A stretch of 63,117 nt of DNA, filler included, from Collodictyon triciliatum (lineage: Eukaryota): assembly GCA_043381765.1 (NCBI GenBank). It is 6 parts of 6 records of this genome, joined end to end, with 100 filler letters (N's around TTAATTAATTAA, not from the genome) between each part and the next. Parts side by side here need not be neighbours in the genome. Positions count along the whole stretch, not along the records: positions 47,030 to 58,682 come from JBHJMP010002341.1; positions 58,783 to 63,117 come from JBHJMP010002367.1; 4 more parts are not named here. One strand, 5' to 3'. The first letter of the stretch is position 1; each line of letters starts with the position of its first letter. Made by a program: the position numbers and the translations under genes. Below are positions 47,301 through 61,060 of this stretch, piece after piece. Under the pieces are notes generated by a model, which saw only the letters and a program-made list of their open reading frames with translations, was not told the origin of the DNA and searched no databases.

Positions 47301-50300
47301 TTAAGCCGAGGCTCTCTGTCTCCATTCAGCTGCTTTCTTGATGTCCTTCTCAACACCCCATCCATTCAAAAAGCATTCAGCGACAATAGAAGCAGCTTGT
47401 GGATACGTACATCCCCAATCATCATCCATTTCGGCCATTTCTCTCAAAACACTGAATGCATTTTTTGAGCCTTGTTGTGCGAGTTTCTTCAGCCTTTCGA
47501 AGTTTTCAGCTTTTCTAAACCACTCAACTGCTTTCTTAATGTCCTTCTCAACACTCCATCCATTCATATAGCATTCAGCAACAATAGAAGCAGCTTGTGG
47601 ATATTTGTATCCACCATGTTCCTTAATTTCGGCAATTTCTCTCAAAACACTGAATGCATCTTTTGAACCTTGTTGCACAAGTTGCTTCAGTTTGTCAAAG
47701 TTTTCAGTTTTTCCACATGATATTCCCCATTCAAGAGACAGCAGAGTATCCTTCTCAACACCCCATCCATTTTCAAAGCATTCAACAACAATAGAGACAG
47801 CCGGTGGATATTTGTATTCTTCCCATCTATCCTTCATTTCAGCCATTTCTTTCAAAACACCGAATGCATCTTTTGAGCCTTGTTGCGCTAGATGCTTCAA
47901 TCCATCAAAGTCTAATGATAATTTCAAAGGAGCGATAACTCTCAAATAGTAAGCCTTCTCGGTGTCCTCATCAGCACCCCATCCATTCTCATAGCACTCA
48001 GCCATCATTTGAGCCTGGAACTTGGTGAATTTATTCTGCTCACAATACGAAACAAAGTCGGCATCATAGGAAGCAGCACCGATAGAAAATAGGAGGGATT
48101 TATTGAATTGACTCAATCCTGCGACATTTCTGATTTGGATGTTACCACCTTGCAGCTTTCTTGGGCCGATAATTTGGACGGTCTTTACATCTTGAATTCT
48201 GTTGGTATCAATAATGTCCATCGTATCATTTGTTCTTTTAAATTCTGTGATGATTTCGTCTGGCTCTTCTTTCTTGACAAGATATTTTCCTTGGGTGTAG
48301 GTCACTTCTGACTTTTGCACACTGTGTGTTTGGTTTCCTGTGGCTACATCCCAGATGCGTATTGTATTATCACCTCCAGAAGCCAACCACTTTTCACCAT
48401 TCGGTCCTTGAATATTGCAAACACTGCTGAAATAATTTGCATGAACTTCTAATGTTTTGATTTGGTTTCCTGTGGCTACATCCGAAATACAAATTGTATC
48501 TTCGCTTCCAGAAGCCAGCCAATTTTCACCATTCGGTCCTTGGATATTGCAAACACTTATGGCACCATATTCTGTATGTCTTTTTAGTGTTTTGATTTGG
48601 TTTCCTGTGGCTACATCCCAAACACGAATTGTTTCATCTTCACTTCCAGAAGCGAGCCAATTTTCACCATTCGGTCCTTGAATGCTGCAAATGCAATTGA
48701 CAGTATTCCTATGCCCTTCTAATTTCTTGATTTGGTTTCCTATTGCTATGTTCCAAATACGTATGGTTTTATCCTTACTTCCAGAAGCCAGCCAATTTTC
48801 GCCATTCGGTCCTTGAATACTGCAAACACAATTAACTTCTCTTGTATGACCTTTTAATATATTAATTTGACTCCCTGTGACTACATCCCAAATACGTATT
48901 GTGTTATCACCACTTCCAGATGCCAGCCAATTTTCGCCATTCAGTCCTTGAATACTGCAAACATTGTAGACAATACTTGTATGTCCATCCAATTTTTTGA
49001 CTTGGTTTCCTGTGGTTACATCCCAAATACGTACTGTGTTATCACCACTTCCAGAAGCCAACCAATTTTCAGCATTTGGCCCTTGAATATTGCAAACACT
49101 CTTGACAGCACTTGTATGCCCATCTAATTTTTTGACTTGGTTTCCTGTGGTTACATCCCAAATACGTACTGTGTTATCACCACTTCCAGAAGCCAACCAG
49201 TTTTCACCATTCGGTCCTTGAATACTGCAAACACTCAAGACAATATCTGTATGACCCTCTAGTTTATCATGAGGAATTCCGAATTTCACGTTATTCATTT
49301 TTGCATTATCAAATATACAATCACCAATCATCGAATTCGTGAAATCAACACCATCCAAGTTGGCGCCAGTGAAGTTTGCACCATCAAGGATTGAGTTACT
49401 GAGATTTGCATTCGGAATTTTGATGTTTGATAAATCCATTCCAGCAAACGAAACATTCATGAGATTCAAAAGTGTGATTGCATCAGATGCAGCCTTTGAT
49501 TTGCTTTCATCAGTCTTGGACATGTAGACAATGCTGAATAATGATACAATAATTTGCTCACGATTCCATTCCTCCTCTAGCTTTGCACCATAAAGAGTTT
49601 CACGAATGAAATCGTTGACTCTTGTAAACTCGACAGGCTCTTTATTGATTCCGATTTCTTTTGAATGGACGGACAAGTATTTGCATGAGTTTAATGTTCT
49701 GGGGTGAATCCATCCGAGTTTATCGGCGAATCTGTCTCTCATCTCAGCCCATAATGCCATGCCACTTTCATGCAGCTTGTTCTCTTTGCAGTGTTGATGC
49801 GCATTTTCACAAGTCAGCCAGCAGTCCCAGTTTTCATAGGTAGACTTTTCACCATGTCTAACAGCAGCTGTTTTGTAAAACTGAATGAGAGCTTCATGCT
49901 CTTTTTTGTCCTCCATGAATCGGATAATATTATCAATTTGTAAGCCATCTTTCAATGACATGATTGAATTTGTCTCCTTTCTGATAGCGGCTGCCTTCTG
50001 GAAGTATTCAAGAACTTGGTCCAATCTAAATGCGTGTTTATTAGTTATTATCAATATTTATTGTTTTTTTATAAGTGCTAATCAAATATAATTTTTTTTA
50101 ATATAATAGAGAAATGAACCTTTTAAGTTCAAAGTTTGTTCTGCCAACATATTCCAGGAAGCTAGCATTATCAACATCCGAAACATTAAATCCTTTCATA
50201 TCGATATTGAAATCCTCGACATCTTTTCTAAAATCCAACAGAAAAACATTTGCCAGCCTTGTTCTCTCGTGAATCCATCCGAGTTTATCAGCAAATCTGT

Positions 50301-53300
50301 CTCTCATCTCAGCCCAGAATGCGACGCCACTTTCATGTAGCTTGTTATCCTTGCAATGTTGGTGCGCATTTTCACAAGCCACCCAGCAGTCCCAGTTTTC
50401 AAAGGATGATTTTTCAGCATGCCTAACAGCAGCTGTTTTGTAAAGCTGAATAATGGCTTCATGCTCTTTCTTTTCCTTCATTAATCGGACAATCTTGTCA
50501 ATTTGTGAACCATCTTTCAGTGACATGATTGTCTTAGTCTCCTTTCTGATAGCAGCTGCCTTCTGGATGAATTCAACGACTTGGTCCAATCTAGATGCAT
50601 GAAAATTAGTTATTTTAGATTTAATTCTTAATTTATTAAAGCATTCGATCTTAGTATTCAATTTTAATGAATAAAGCGTTAAATTATACCTTTGAAGCTC
50701 AAAGTTGGTTCTACCAATACATTCAAGAGAAGTTCCATAATCAACATGCTTTTCACCCAATGTTCTCACGCGAATATCTAGTGTCTTCGTATAGGCCTCC
50801 AAAGCACCCTTGAAGCTAAAAAATGGTTTGAGTAAATGAATTGCTTTTTTCAATTCTAAATAGTAAAAATAATTGATAATATAAGATACTCTTTCAAATC
50901 ATGGTTGATGTCTCCAATCATTTCATAGCAGGCCAAAACATTCGGATGATTTTCACCCAAGGAATATACGAAAATATCTAGCGATTGCTTAAATGACGAT
51001 AAGGACTCAGTTTTCCTATATTGGATAATAATTATTTAATATTTAAAAATTAAGCCAACATCTCCACCATCCTGCACAAAATTGAAAGGAAGAATAAAAA
51101 AAATATTTAAAAATTAAAATTGTATTATGCAAAAATCACAGTTCCCTAAGTAGAATATACAATGAAAGATATAAAGCTAAACTACATCTTGAAAAAACTG
51201 AAAAGTATAAAGGAAAAAAAAATTATTTTTACAAAATTCAAAATCAGAAATTCTGACCTTCCACTGGAAAGATGAACGTTTGCAATAAACTGGATTGTCG
51301 AGGCAACAGATGCATGCTTAGCTCCTAATGATTTTTCAAGGATAGATTTCGCCTTCTCGTAGTTTTCAATAGACTCTTCATACCTTAATGATTTAATCAT
51401 ATTAATCTTCCAAAAAATGATAATCATATTTAAAACCAGTTTGAATCCAAAGCCAACACCCCCCCTCGGTCCTGCACAAAAGTTGAAAGGAAGAATAAAA
51501 AAAAAAACCAGTTTGAATCGAATGAATATGTGCTACTTTTTCCCAGCCAGAGAGACATGGCCATAGTTCTGGTACGATGTTGCGACAAGAGGATGCTCGT
51601 TTCCGACTCTCCTTTGGCGGATTTCCATGGCCTTTTTGTATTCAACCAGAGCTTGCTCATTCCTATCATAAAAATTGATCAGCATAAATATATATATATA
51701 CAGATTAAAAGGTAGAAGAAAATAAAATACAATAAAAATAAAATGGTTACTTTGACTGCACCACATAGATGTCTCCGAAGCGGTCATGTGATTGGGCCAC
51801 TTGCAAGTTGTTCTCACCCAGTTGTCTGATTCTCAACCCCAGTGATTTTTTGTATTCACCGAGGGCTTCGTCAATTCTATGTAAAAGAAAAATCAGGACA
51901 CCCTTTTGAAACATTATTCATAATTTATTTTACAGTTGAAAGCGAGCCTTACTTATCTTGTTGCTGGTAGATAATTCCCATCTCTTCATGAATGGTGGCA
52001 ATAAGCAGGATGTTATACTCATTTTTCTCAACTGAATTGAGACATTTCTTGTAGTAGACCATGGACTCGGCCCAGCTGTATAATTTATTTTTATTTTAGA
52101 AAAGTTAGCATTATAAACATCACGTCATGTCCTGATTATATCATTATTATTATTTTTTACTTTTGGAGGTTCTTGTAGACACGGCCAAGATGCAGGTAAT
52201 TTGCGACCTTTGAATCTGTAAATTGATGGATTATTGAACGTATCCATAAATAAACTCATATTCATGACATAAATGATTCAAAAGATAAAATATTACATAC
52301 CTTTTGTTTGATGCTTTCCAAGACGCACATTCAGAACAGACAACAAAAATGAGTTCTCAAAAGACTCCAAGAAAAATTCAACAAGCAGGTCTCCCACTTT
52401 ATCCAAAGACTGAAAAAATTTAAAAAAATAAAGGTAAATGATGATTGATGATGAGATTTTGTGAGTAGTAACCTTCAAAAAATTAATAATAAATCACTCT
52501 AGCCAAGCTTCCATAGGCATCTTTGTAGTTTGCCACTCCACTTGCGTTGATTGCTCTCCAGCATGTAAAGAACTCGTAGCGATAGCGACCACGGAGCATG
52601 ATGCTGATAACCTATGAAATATTTTAATTAATGAGTGAATGCCGTTTCATTATGACTGAAAATAATTGAATAAAATAAAAATATAACAATTACATGTTTT
52701 TGCTTCATGTATTCGACAAGCAATTCAAACGAACTGCCCTTCAGAAGCTGGTAGCAAATCTCAGCAGCAAGCTCTTCGTCCGCGTCATCAGCCTCAGAAT
52801 ATTGGCTAAACAGCCATTTACCGTATTTTTCGTGCATTTTTTCCATCTCTTGGTTTTCGGAGAAGTAAACCTTTTCGGTGGTCTCCAAGAGCAGCTGGTG
52901 GAAGTACATGTATCTATGATAAGCAGTAATTAAGTGTCTATCCAAATAAATTATACCGAAGGCACCGAATAACGAACAAAAGGATTGAGAAATAACACCA
53001 ACCTTCCATTGCGCACGAAAAGCGACTCGATGAGAGTAAAGAAGAAGGATTTCCTATTTGAATAGATACAAATAAATAAAGTTATATATAAGGTAAAATA
53101 ACAATTCGATAATTACTAATAGAGTAAACGATAAGCGAACCATTCAGCAAGCTCGAATCCTGTGCCAATCGCATCTTTCATGTACATGTCCAGATCACCT
53201 TCACTCAGGCCGATGCGGGAAACAAAGAGAACCTTCATCGAGAGAGAGACATACTCGACCTTCATTGTCTCTTTTCCATCAGATGAGGTTACTGTACAAA

Positions 53301-53326
53301 AAAAAAAAAAAAAAAAAAAAAAACAA

Positions 53327-53406
<80 letters not shown>

Positions 53407-56400
53407 CATTCAACAAAAGTGGCAATTATAATTCTTTACTTTATTGTTGAAATATGAAATCAATACTCACCTTTCCTGTCAAACTTCAATTGCCAGCGCT
53501 TGATAATGAGAGTGTAAAGCTCGATGACACCGTTGGTCGAAAGCAGCACAAACAGTTCATCATCGAGCTTCTCATAAACGCCAAAAACCCTGACTTCATC
53601 CAGAATAATGCGGAGATAGAGCGGATGGCCTATAAAAAAAATATCAGATAAGAATAAATTAATTATTCCTCGTAAAAATTTAACTAAAATATATACTCTT
53701 TAAAAAAATGTCTCACCAGTATCTTCAAAGTCATCCAGAATCATCCCAACTTGCCTTTCGCTCAGGGTCTTGTCATAGCGAATGAGGAAGGATTCGACAC
53801 CATCCTTAACTTCATCCTTGGTCAACTTAGTAACAGGAATCGGCTCCAGTCCACTTTGCTTGGCAGACTTGTGACAGATAAAATAAGTAAAGTTCCACTC
53901 AAATCATTTTATGCGAATACAAAATATTCCAAAAATAATAAATATTAAATACTGCGCAAGATTCATGGGTATGAATGGTCGACACAACCATCGCGACATT
54001 AGATGGTGTTTCTTTGGGCAACCAGGTCAGCAGATGCGGAGCTGGTGTTCCTTGCGACGGGTGGATTTGGTTGATGGCATCGATGAGAAAGACAAACTTC
54101 TCGTCCCTATAAAAGATGAATCAACTTAATATCAATATTCTTTTTTCCATTCAAAGTATTTTAATTTTAATATAATGAATAATAAAAACATAAAAAAATT
54201 AAAGAATGACTTGTTTCTCTCCTGAATCATCTTCAGCAAGCCCTGGAGTCCCTCTTTTTCGCATTCTGGTGGCCAAATAAAATGAATCCATCAATGATTA
54301 CACGAAATTTGAATCCACATATAATGAATCCACATAAAATAAATGCATGAAGAATTGTTATACGAAATTTGGATTAAAAAGATAAAGATAAAAATGATAT
54401 AAAATGCTGTAAAACCAGCTTCTTGCTTCTTTTCCCCGATGAAGTTCGCAGAGTTTGTGACCAAAGTCCAGAAGCGAATCGAAACACTAAAACAAAACAA
54501 ATATTTTTAAATAACCAAAATGAAATACATAATATCAATAAAACAAAAAGAAATAAAAGGAACTTACCTTTCCACGTAGTTGCTGAGATTGGTACATCCA
54601 ACAAAATGGAAGAAGACATGCAGCCCAGGATGCTTCAGCCCTTCGAGGTCTCTCGCTGTAGCAGCCATGAGCGACGACTTTCCAATCCCAGACTCGGCAG
54701 CAAGAACGATGATTTTGGACTTCTCGGTGTTCAGCTGATTCATGGCCTGATAATTATTTTTTTTTTAAAAAATAAGAAAAGAAAATTCAAAGGATGTTAT
54801 TGTCATTTTTAATTAATTACTCTTTATCTTACTTGCTCCGTGATTGTCTTGAGAAGCTCCTTTCTTCCGCCAAATCCAGCCAGTCGATGCATCTTGAACT
54901 GGTGCTGCGCTTGGTCTTCAGGGTCTCTCACCTAGATTATGGTTATGTCAACATAATATAAATGAAATATCTCACCAATCAATTCTGATACCCATAAATC
55001 CATAAAATTAAAAAAATATACAATTTGATTCCCAAAGTCACGCTCGATGGCGTAGGAGAGATGGTAGGTCACAAAGTCCGAATACTCATTCGCTCCTTTG
55101 TAGACAACATGCCCGAACTTTGCCTTGACTTTTCCTTTGAGCTCCTCCTGCCTCTTTCGCTAAAAAAATACATTATAATACATGTAAAAAAAAATAAAAA
55201 CATTAAATAATTATAACATAATTACTCGAAAAAGAAACTATAAGAATTGAAATAAATTTTTACAGCCTCTTCGCTTTCAGCTTGGAATAGCTTTCTTTCT
55301 TCCTCGCTCTTTGCATGTTGGACAGCATAGTTCTCATCGCGGAGGTAAAAGAAAGCTCGGCTGCATGCCGGTTTGTCAATCAGACAGGCATACTGAATCT
55401 GAATATGAATATATAATTTAGAGAATGATTGGTTAAATTTTCAATTATCATTCATAGAAAAATACAGAATAAAAATTAGATATTCGCTTCACCTCGTATT
55501 CAGTCACACTCAACCCAGCCATTCCGTCGATGAATGGGAAGCGACTATTGGTCTCACTGCGCCATTCCACCCAAACATCCTTCATGGTGGCATCAGGCTT
55601 CGTTTTCAGCAGCTCCTCGAAGCGGGCTTGTTTATTCAGCTCCGTTTTGTTTTGGTCAGGAATCCAGCCGTAGCGCGCACCGAGAGAGCACACAAAGTAT
55701 GGGCATTTTCCGATCGAATCCAAACAGCGAATCACAACCTTTGAAATATAAATAAAAGTAAATTGAAGGTTATTATTATATAAAATGCTACATATTCTAA
55801 AAAAATTTCAAAAAATAATATTAATAATATAGTATTTACCCATCCCTCGCTACTGTCCTCAGAAGTCAGTCCCCAGCGCAAATCGATTAAGACAAGGTCC
55901 ACTCCCTTCGATTTCGCAAGTCTTTTCAACCTGACATAAAGATAAAAGTGTTAGTGAAATAACAACACCAAAATCTCAATCATGAATTCATTTATTTATA
56001 AAAAAAATGTATTGAGCTTACTCAGGGGCTCCATTCTTCAAAAACTCGTCTCTTTCTTGCTGCATGTCACGGAAAGTCGAGGAAAGGAAAACACGGATGA
56101 CACGCTCGTCAAAGACAATGAGCGGCAATGGTGTCGATGTCACGTATCTTTGTGGAGCCGGGTTCCACTTCTTGTATTGCCTCTCCTTCAGGTCTTCACG
56201 AGCAAGCTTCATCTGGTTTGAAATGGACATTATATTTCACAAAGCGGAATATATTTGGTCAAATTTGATATTATTTTAAATAAATTATTAATTACCTTGT
56301 CAAGAAGAATGCAGGTGCGGATGAGCACGACAGACCCTTTTTCTTCCAGACCAAGACCTGCATCAATATATAAATTTAATTTAGTTGAGAAATAAATACA

Positions 56401-57258
56401 AAACAATAAATTCAAATAAAAATTAGAAAGGTAAATATAAAATGAATTTCAACCATGGAACGGAAATGGAGCCTTTGCTCTTTCGTAGAGCTTCTTGGCG
56501 ATATCGTACCTATCACGGCATTTTTTCTACAATTTTAAACGATTGGAAATTATATTTCGGCATGGTTCAATAAATAAATAAAAAAAATTAAAAGATGGGT
56601 TTTGTTACCCCAAGACTTCCCAAATGGCCAACGCTTTGTCCAATAAGGTACTGGAGCATTGTGTAGACCAAATCTGTAGGGATATTAATATATCAATTAC
56701 TCATACAAAATAAATCAATGATATGTGAAAAACTCCAAAAACAATTTCCTTAACAAATAAAACAAACCAGCGTAATGGGCCTGAGAAGCAACAGCGTCAT
56801 AGCGCATGTTCAATTTCAGAAACCAATCAACAATGAGTTTTTGATTCTCGTCAACAAGAACCTCCTCCTCAATAGCTTTGTCACTGATATTAATAAAGGG
56901 ATTAAATACCAATCCATGATAAAAAAAACTATAAAAATTGTGAATATCATAAATAAATCATACGCAAACAAGCGGGAATGGTAGCTTCCCAAGGACTTTC
57001 CGGTGACCGTCTCAATAAGCATGGCCAAAAAGAAACCGTCCATAAAGTCATCGCGGATGTTCTTCGCCTTGAGCTCGATTTTTCCCAGGTGGTGGTTCAC
57101 CCATTCGAGTACAGCCTGTACTCAGTAGTTGGCGTAAGTAATCAATCCTCTTCGATATATAAAATATTTATTTATGATTATATGTATATATTTGTACAAA
57201 CTTCGTCAATGGTGACAAGGCTGACGTTGGGCTCGGTGCTTGTTTCGGTTGCAGACAT
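47301..57258 (-). CDS. STAND/NLR-like protein: calponin-homology - DUF4062 - NACHT-like NTPase - TPRs - pentapeptide repeats - 7 WD40 - SEL1-like repeats
   Basis: CH 'VLEWVNHHLGKIELKAKNIRDDFMDGFFLAMLIETVTGK'; DUF4062 'RVFLSSTFRDMQQERD...IDLRWG...YFVCSLGARYGWIP...SVTEYE'; Walker A 'AESGIGKSS' (~54680-54700); Walker B 'FLIDAINQI' (~54075); TPRs such as 'LGAKHASVASTIQFIANVH'. The last exon (50025-47301) carries the pentapeptide, WD40 and SEL1-like repeats. ATG 57258 (MSATETST). Confidence 0.85.
48327..49265 (-). repeat. Seven near-identical ~135-nt WD40-coding tandem repeats
   Basis: Unit 'KKLxGHxxxVxxVCxIQGPNGENWLASGSxDxTIRIWDVxTGNQ', with high identity between copies at nucleotide level. Confidence 0.92.
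51038..51117 (+). mobile_element. Micro-insertion family A (48 nt, A-tailed) with perfect 16-bp TSD
   Basis: AATATTTAAAAATTAA (51038-51053) - GCCAACATCTCCACCATCCTGCACAAAATTGAAAGGAAGAAT(A)n - AATATTTAAAAATTAA (51102-51117). Confidence 0.85.
51432..51519 (+). mobile_element. Micro-insertion family A variant (56 nt, A-tailed) with perfect 16-bp TSD
   Basis: AAAACCAGTTTGAATC (51432-51447) - CAAAGCCAACACCCCCCCTCGGTCCTGCACAAAAGTTGAAAGGAAGAAT(A)n - AAAACCAGTTTGAATC (51504-51519). Confidence 0.85.
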
Positions 57259-58682
57259 GTTTTGATTATTCCTATTCCTTCGTGTGTGTTGCATAAAAAA
57301 CATCGTATTCATGGGTTATAATATGTGCCAATTATCAAACAAGCTATTCTCCTTTTTCATGAATGGATATTGTTTGATTTATTAAGATTCATATTTTGAA
57401 TGCATTTTGGATAGTTTCAGTAGGCTAACAAAGCTATATTGTATTAAAGCTCAAAGCTCAATATCATCACCTCTGAATATTTTTATCTTTCTTTATTATG
57501 AAATAAACTATTCGTGATTACAAATACATCTCGACATGAAATGAATTTTATATTTTAATTGCTTTCTTGTAAATAATATGGATGTGATTTGCTTATGTAT
57601 CATACAGCCACTAAACATTCTCTTAATGTTAAATATTTCGTATAATACAACAAATGTGATGTATGAAAGTCTCTGCGTGGTAGATTGATATTCTTCCAGG
57701 TCGACTTATAAAACTCCTTGAATCTATTCAAAATTTTGCAAATATCTCAAACTATATGTGATGGTTAGTATGTTCCCACAGAATGCCAAATTTACAAACA
57801 AAACGAAATTGAAATACCGATACTCATGTAATACTCTTCGTTAATTATAGCCTGAGATTTTCATCGTGAAGGCTTTACATGGGATAAAAAAAATACCAAA
57901 CCACCACCACTTAAGTTTTCCAGGCATAGGTGCTTGCCTTCCATTCAACTTTTGCATGGTTTTCCAAATGTGCCTCGCATTAACAGACAAATCATGAAAG
58001 ATAATCTTCGTTAGGAATTGTCCTTGTATATTAATACTATTCGAATGAAAAAGTAACCTTTCGTTTTGCATAAAATAAAAATAATTCTGACTTAATAATA
58101 TTGCACCTTGGATTGTTTGTCCAGATTGTTTTAGTGTGAGGCGCGTCTCCAAGAATCCGTCCGCTCTTTTTGGAGAGCCCTTGTGAAGGTTGCTCTTGCT
58201 TGAGCGATGCTTATTCTTTCATAGCTCCGGGTGGTTGGGTTTAAAAGGGTCGACATTGTCTCTCTATACTTGACAGCTCATTCTGTTCGTACTTGTGGTG
58301 GTGTTTACTATGCTACTTTTCTTTTGGCTTTTTCCTTGTGTTCTGCGACAGAGTGCGAAATAGAGAGGGAAACGTAACGTGCTAATTGATTTTCTTTTTT
58401 ACTTTGGTTAGTTTTGATGCCGAAACTTCGCCCGGTGCGTCATATACCAAAATAAGTTTTAGCCTTAGGTATACTGCGGACGATAATAATAATTGTTGTT
58501 GTTTTTCATGTACTGTCAATGTCGCCCTTGATGAAGCCCGAAGAAATGCCGCAAATAATGGGAAGCAAAAGAGCTGGCCTCTCTCGTTATGGACACGAAA
58601 AAAAAAAAAGAACAGTTAAGTATTATTTTACTCTGGTCTTGGCGTTTTTTTTTTTTTTTTTTTTTAAAGGAGTTTTTTTTTT

Positions 58683-58782
58683 NNNNNNNNNNNNNNNNNN
58701 NNNNNNNNNNNNNNNNNNNNNNNNNNTTAATTAATTAANNNNNNNNNNNNNNNNNNNNNNNNNNNNNNNNNNNNNNNNNNNN
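58683..58782. other. Artificial contig linker
   Basis: N44-TTAATTAATTAA-N44. Confidence 0.97.
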
Positions 58783-59699
58783 CCCAAAGAGAAAAAAAAA
58801 AGTTAACAAACTTTTCCGTGTTTTAAACCCCAAATACTATTTTTTTTGTTTTTTTTTTTTTTTTTTTTTTACACCTGCAACTCATTTCGTACAAAACCTG
58901 ACCAATTCATTCCTCTCGTTTCATCCCTATCTTCAATTATTTTTCTCAATCCGATCACTATCATTTACACGTTTAAACCGTTGAATAAACATGTGCTCTT
59001 TTTGAGCAGCCTTTAATACCTGGCGATTACGATTGGACTTCGAGTCGTAGAGCGAATTGAACACGCTTATCTACGACGACTACATAAAGGAAGTGAGCGC
59101 AACTTCAATCACATACTTTCAGGCACACAAAGGAGATATTTATTTTGCTTCAAAAAGCAAAGATGTAAAGACCCTTATAAATTTGTCAGTATTATTCAAA
59201 TAAGCGGGCAAGTTCCAGACAGCTTGGTTTTGGAAAATTGCCTAGTTGGATAAAAAATGATAAAGGCAAATCCATATTGCCCTCGCATTAACCTTGAATA
59301 AATCCTACGCATCCCCAGTCCTACCCCAAACAACCTACTTCAGCTTCATATTATTGTTCTTTAACAAATAAAATCCATCAACAAAATTGGAGATGTTTTT
59401 TTTTTTAAAAAAAAAAAATCAGATTCAAAGGAAATATACTGTTATGTATCGTGTCGGCTCAGAGCAAGCGTGGGACCTTTCGTCCTCACCTGCATACAAC
59501 TCAGTTTACTGAATACAAAATTCTCGCAACAGAAATAACATTGCCGCATATATTTCCTTGCATTTTTTTCATGCCTTTTGCTTGGACACTTACAATGAGA
59601 AAAATGATTGTTGTCCTGTTTCCGTGGCGAAGCCTGAGCCGTGTGCTGGCATGTGAGATACGACGAGATTACACCACTTCCCCGGCTTTCTTCCATGGT

Positions 59700-61060
59700 T
59701 CTTCCTTCTCTTTGCTTCCTATGAGCGACGCTCGTTGCGGCGACGAACAAAACTATTAAAGAATGAGATTTGTTGATACCACACTGTATACCTGCATGAA
59801 TGGATGCGTGATTAAAAACAACCATTATTTGTGCTTGCAAAAAGATCAAGAACCCACTCTTTGGCATGACGACTTATGTGGCCAATTCAAGCGCCCATGC
59901 GTTTGCGTTTGCGTTTGGGTTTGCTGGACTCCAACTCTGCTTCGTACTAGGACTGCATCGAGCGGTCTCGAGAGTCTTTTATTCAATCTGGAGGTAGGCA
60001 TCTCAAGAAAAAAACATTTGATTTGTGCTATGCTGTAAAAATATATGCTTAGCGGAATCAATCAACCGCATTTATGCAAATTGAAAATTACAGACATTTT
60101 TGACTTTTCTCCAAAGTTTGTTTGAATTAGATGAAGATTGCCGTTTCCCTTAAACCTTCAAAATCCGCTCGATCTTCTATAGCGACACAGAACTTTGGGT
60201 TGCGATGGCTCTGGAAGGGATTGCGAGGCTCGCTTTTCTTCACATCTATTGGCGAGTATGCCATGATTCGTTCCTGGGAGCTTTATGCCTCGAAGGTGTA
60301 TTGCCCATCAGTTGATTATTGAGAATTTCTGTAAAAAAAAAAATCTATTATTTGGACAACTACTCTGATTGTCGAGGTAGATTAGATTGGCATCTGATCG
60401 ATGAGTTTTTTTTGATGAGTTTTTTTTTTTAAAAAAAAAAAGTAACGAGGCACCATATGAGTTGGTCTTCGCAAAGACCGTTTCCTTACGACTCTAGGAA
60501 GCAGTCGCAGCAGTTTCTCTTCCATGGTGCGGAAGGTGGTCCAGCGCATAGTCATGATGCCATCGCCATCCTCTATACATCATACTTCTCTGGGTGATTA
60601 AGCTTCCACGATTAATGTCATTGGAATCGTCGCAATCAACCATTCTTCGATTTATTCATGCGTTGATTGCAGTAGCCTATCTTTCTTGTTTTTAATTTCT
60701 TGGTAGATGTTGTTTTCTTAGTTTTTTTTTTTTTTTCACATTCGTTGCATCTAATTAATAACCAAGAGACCGATGTAGAGTCAAGTTGAAAAAACGTATC
60801 TTGAGAGCAGAAGTGGTCCATTCCTCTCTAAAGTCCGTCGCTCGTAACAAGAAACATATCGATTGAAAAGAAACGAAGTTGGTGGATAATTTGTGGTCGT
60901 AGATTTATTCTCGAAGGCCGTATGACTTTTTGCAAAGGCTCCTCACCGAAACCAGTTATAAAACCTCCGCAGCATATGGGATTCCTACCCCGCTTCTTTG
61001 GGCTCGGCCGTTCTAATGAATGAGAAAAGAAGCAGGCTTCGACTACGGCCGCCAGCATTC
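59700..61060 (-). pseudogene. Possible highly decayed hAT-like transposase remnant
   Basis: Weak motif echoes in hAT order on the minus strand: 'MLAA..ACFFSHSL' (~61030), 'TMRWTTFRTMEEKLLRL' (~60530; compare TRWNSTxxMLxRLL) and 'LFVAATSVA' (~59740; compare PATSVxxERxFS). There is no continuous ORF and no TIRs were found. Confidence 0.3.

Noticed and set aside
46036-47301. GH125 exons as a continuation of the NLR-like gene
   Set aside because: They are separated by an artificial linker, and the NLR ORF has its own stop at 47301.
48327-49265. Regular ~135-nt repeats resembling a CRISPR-like array
   Set aside because: They are in-frame WD40-coding repeats with no repeat-spacer structure.
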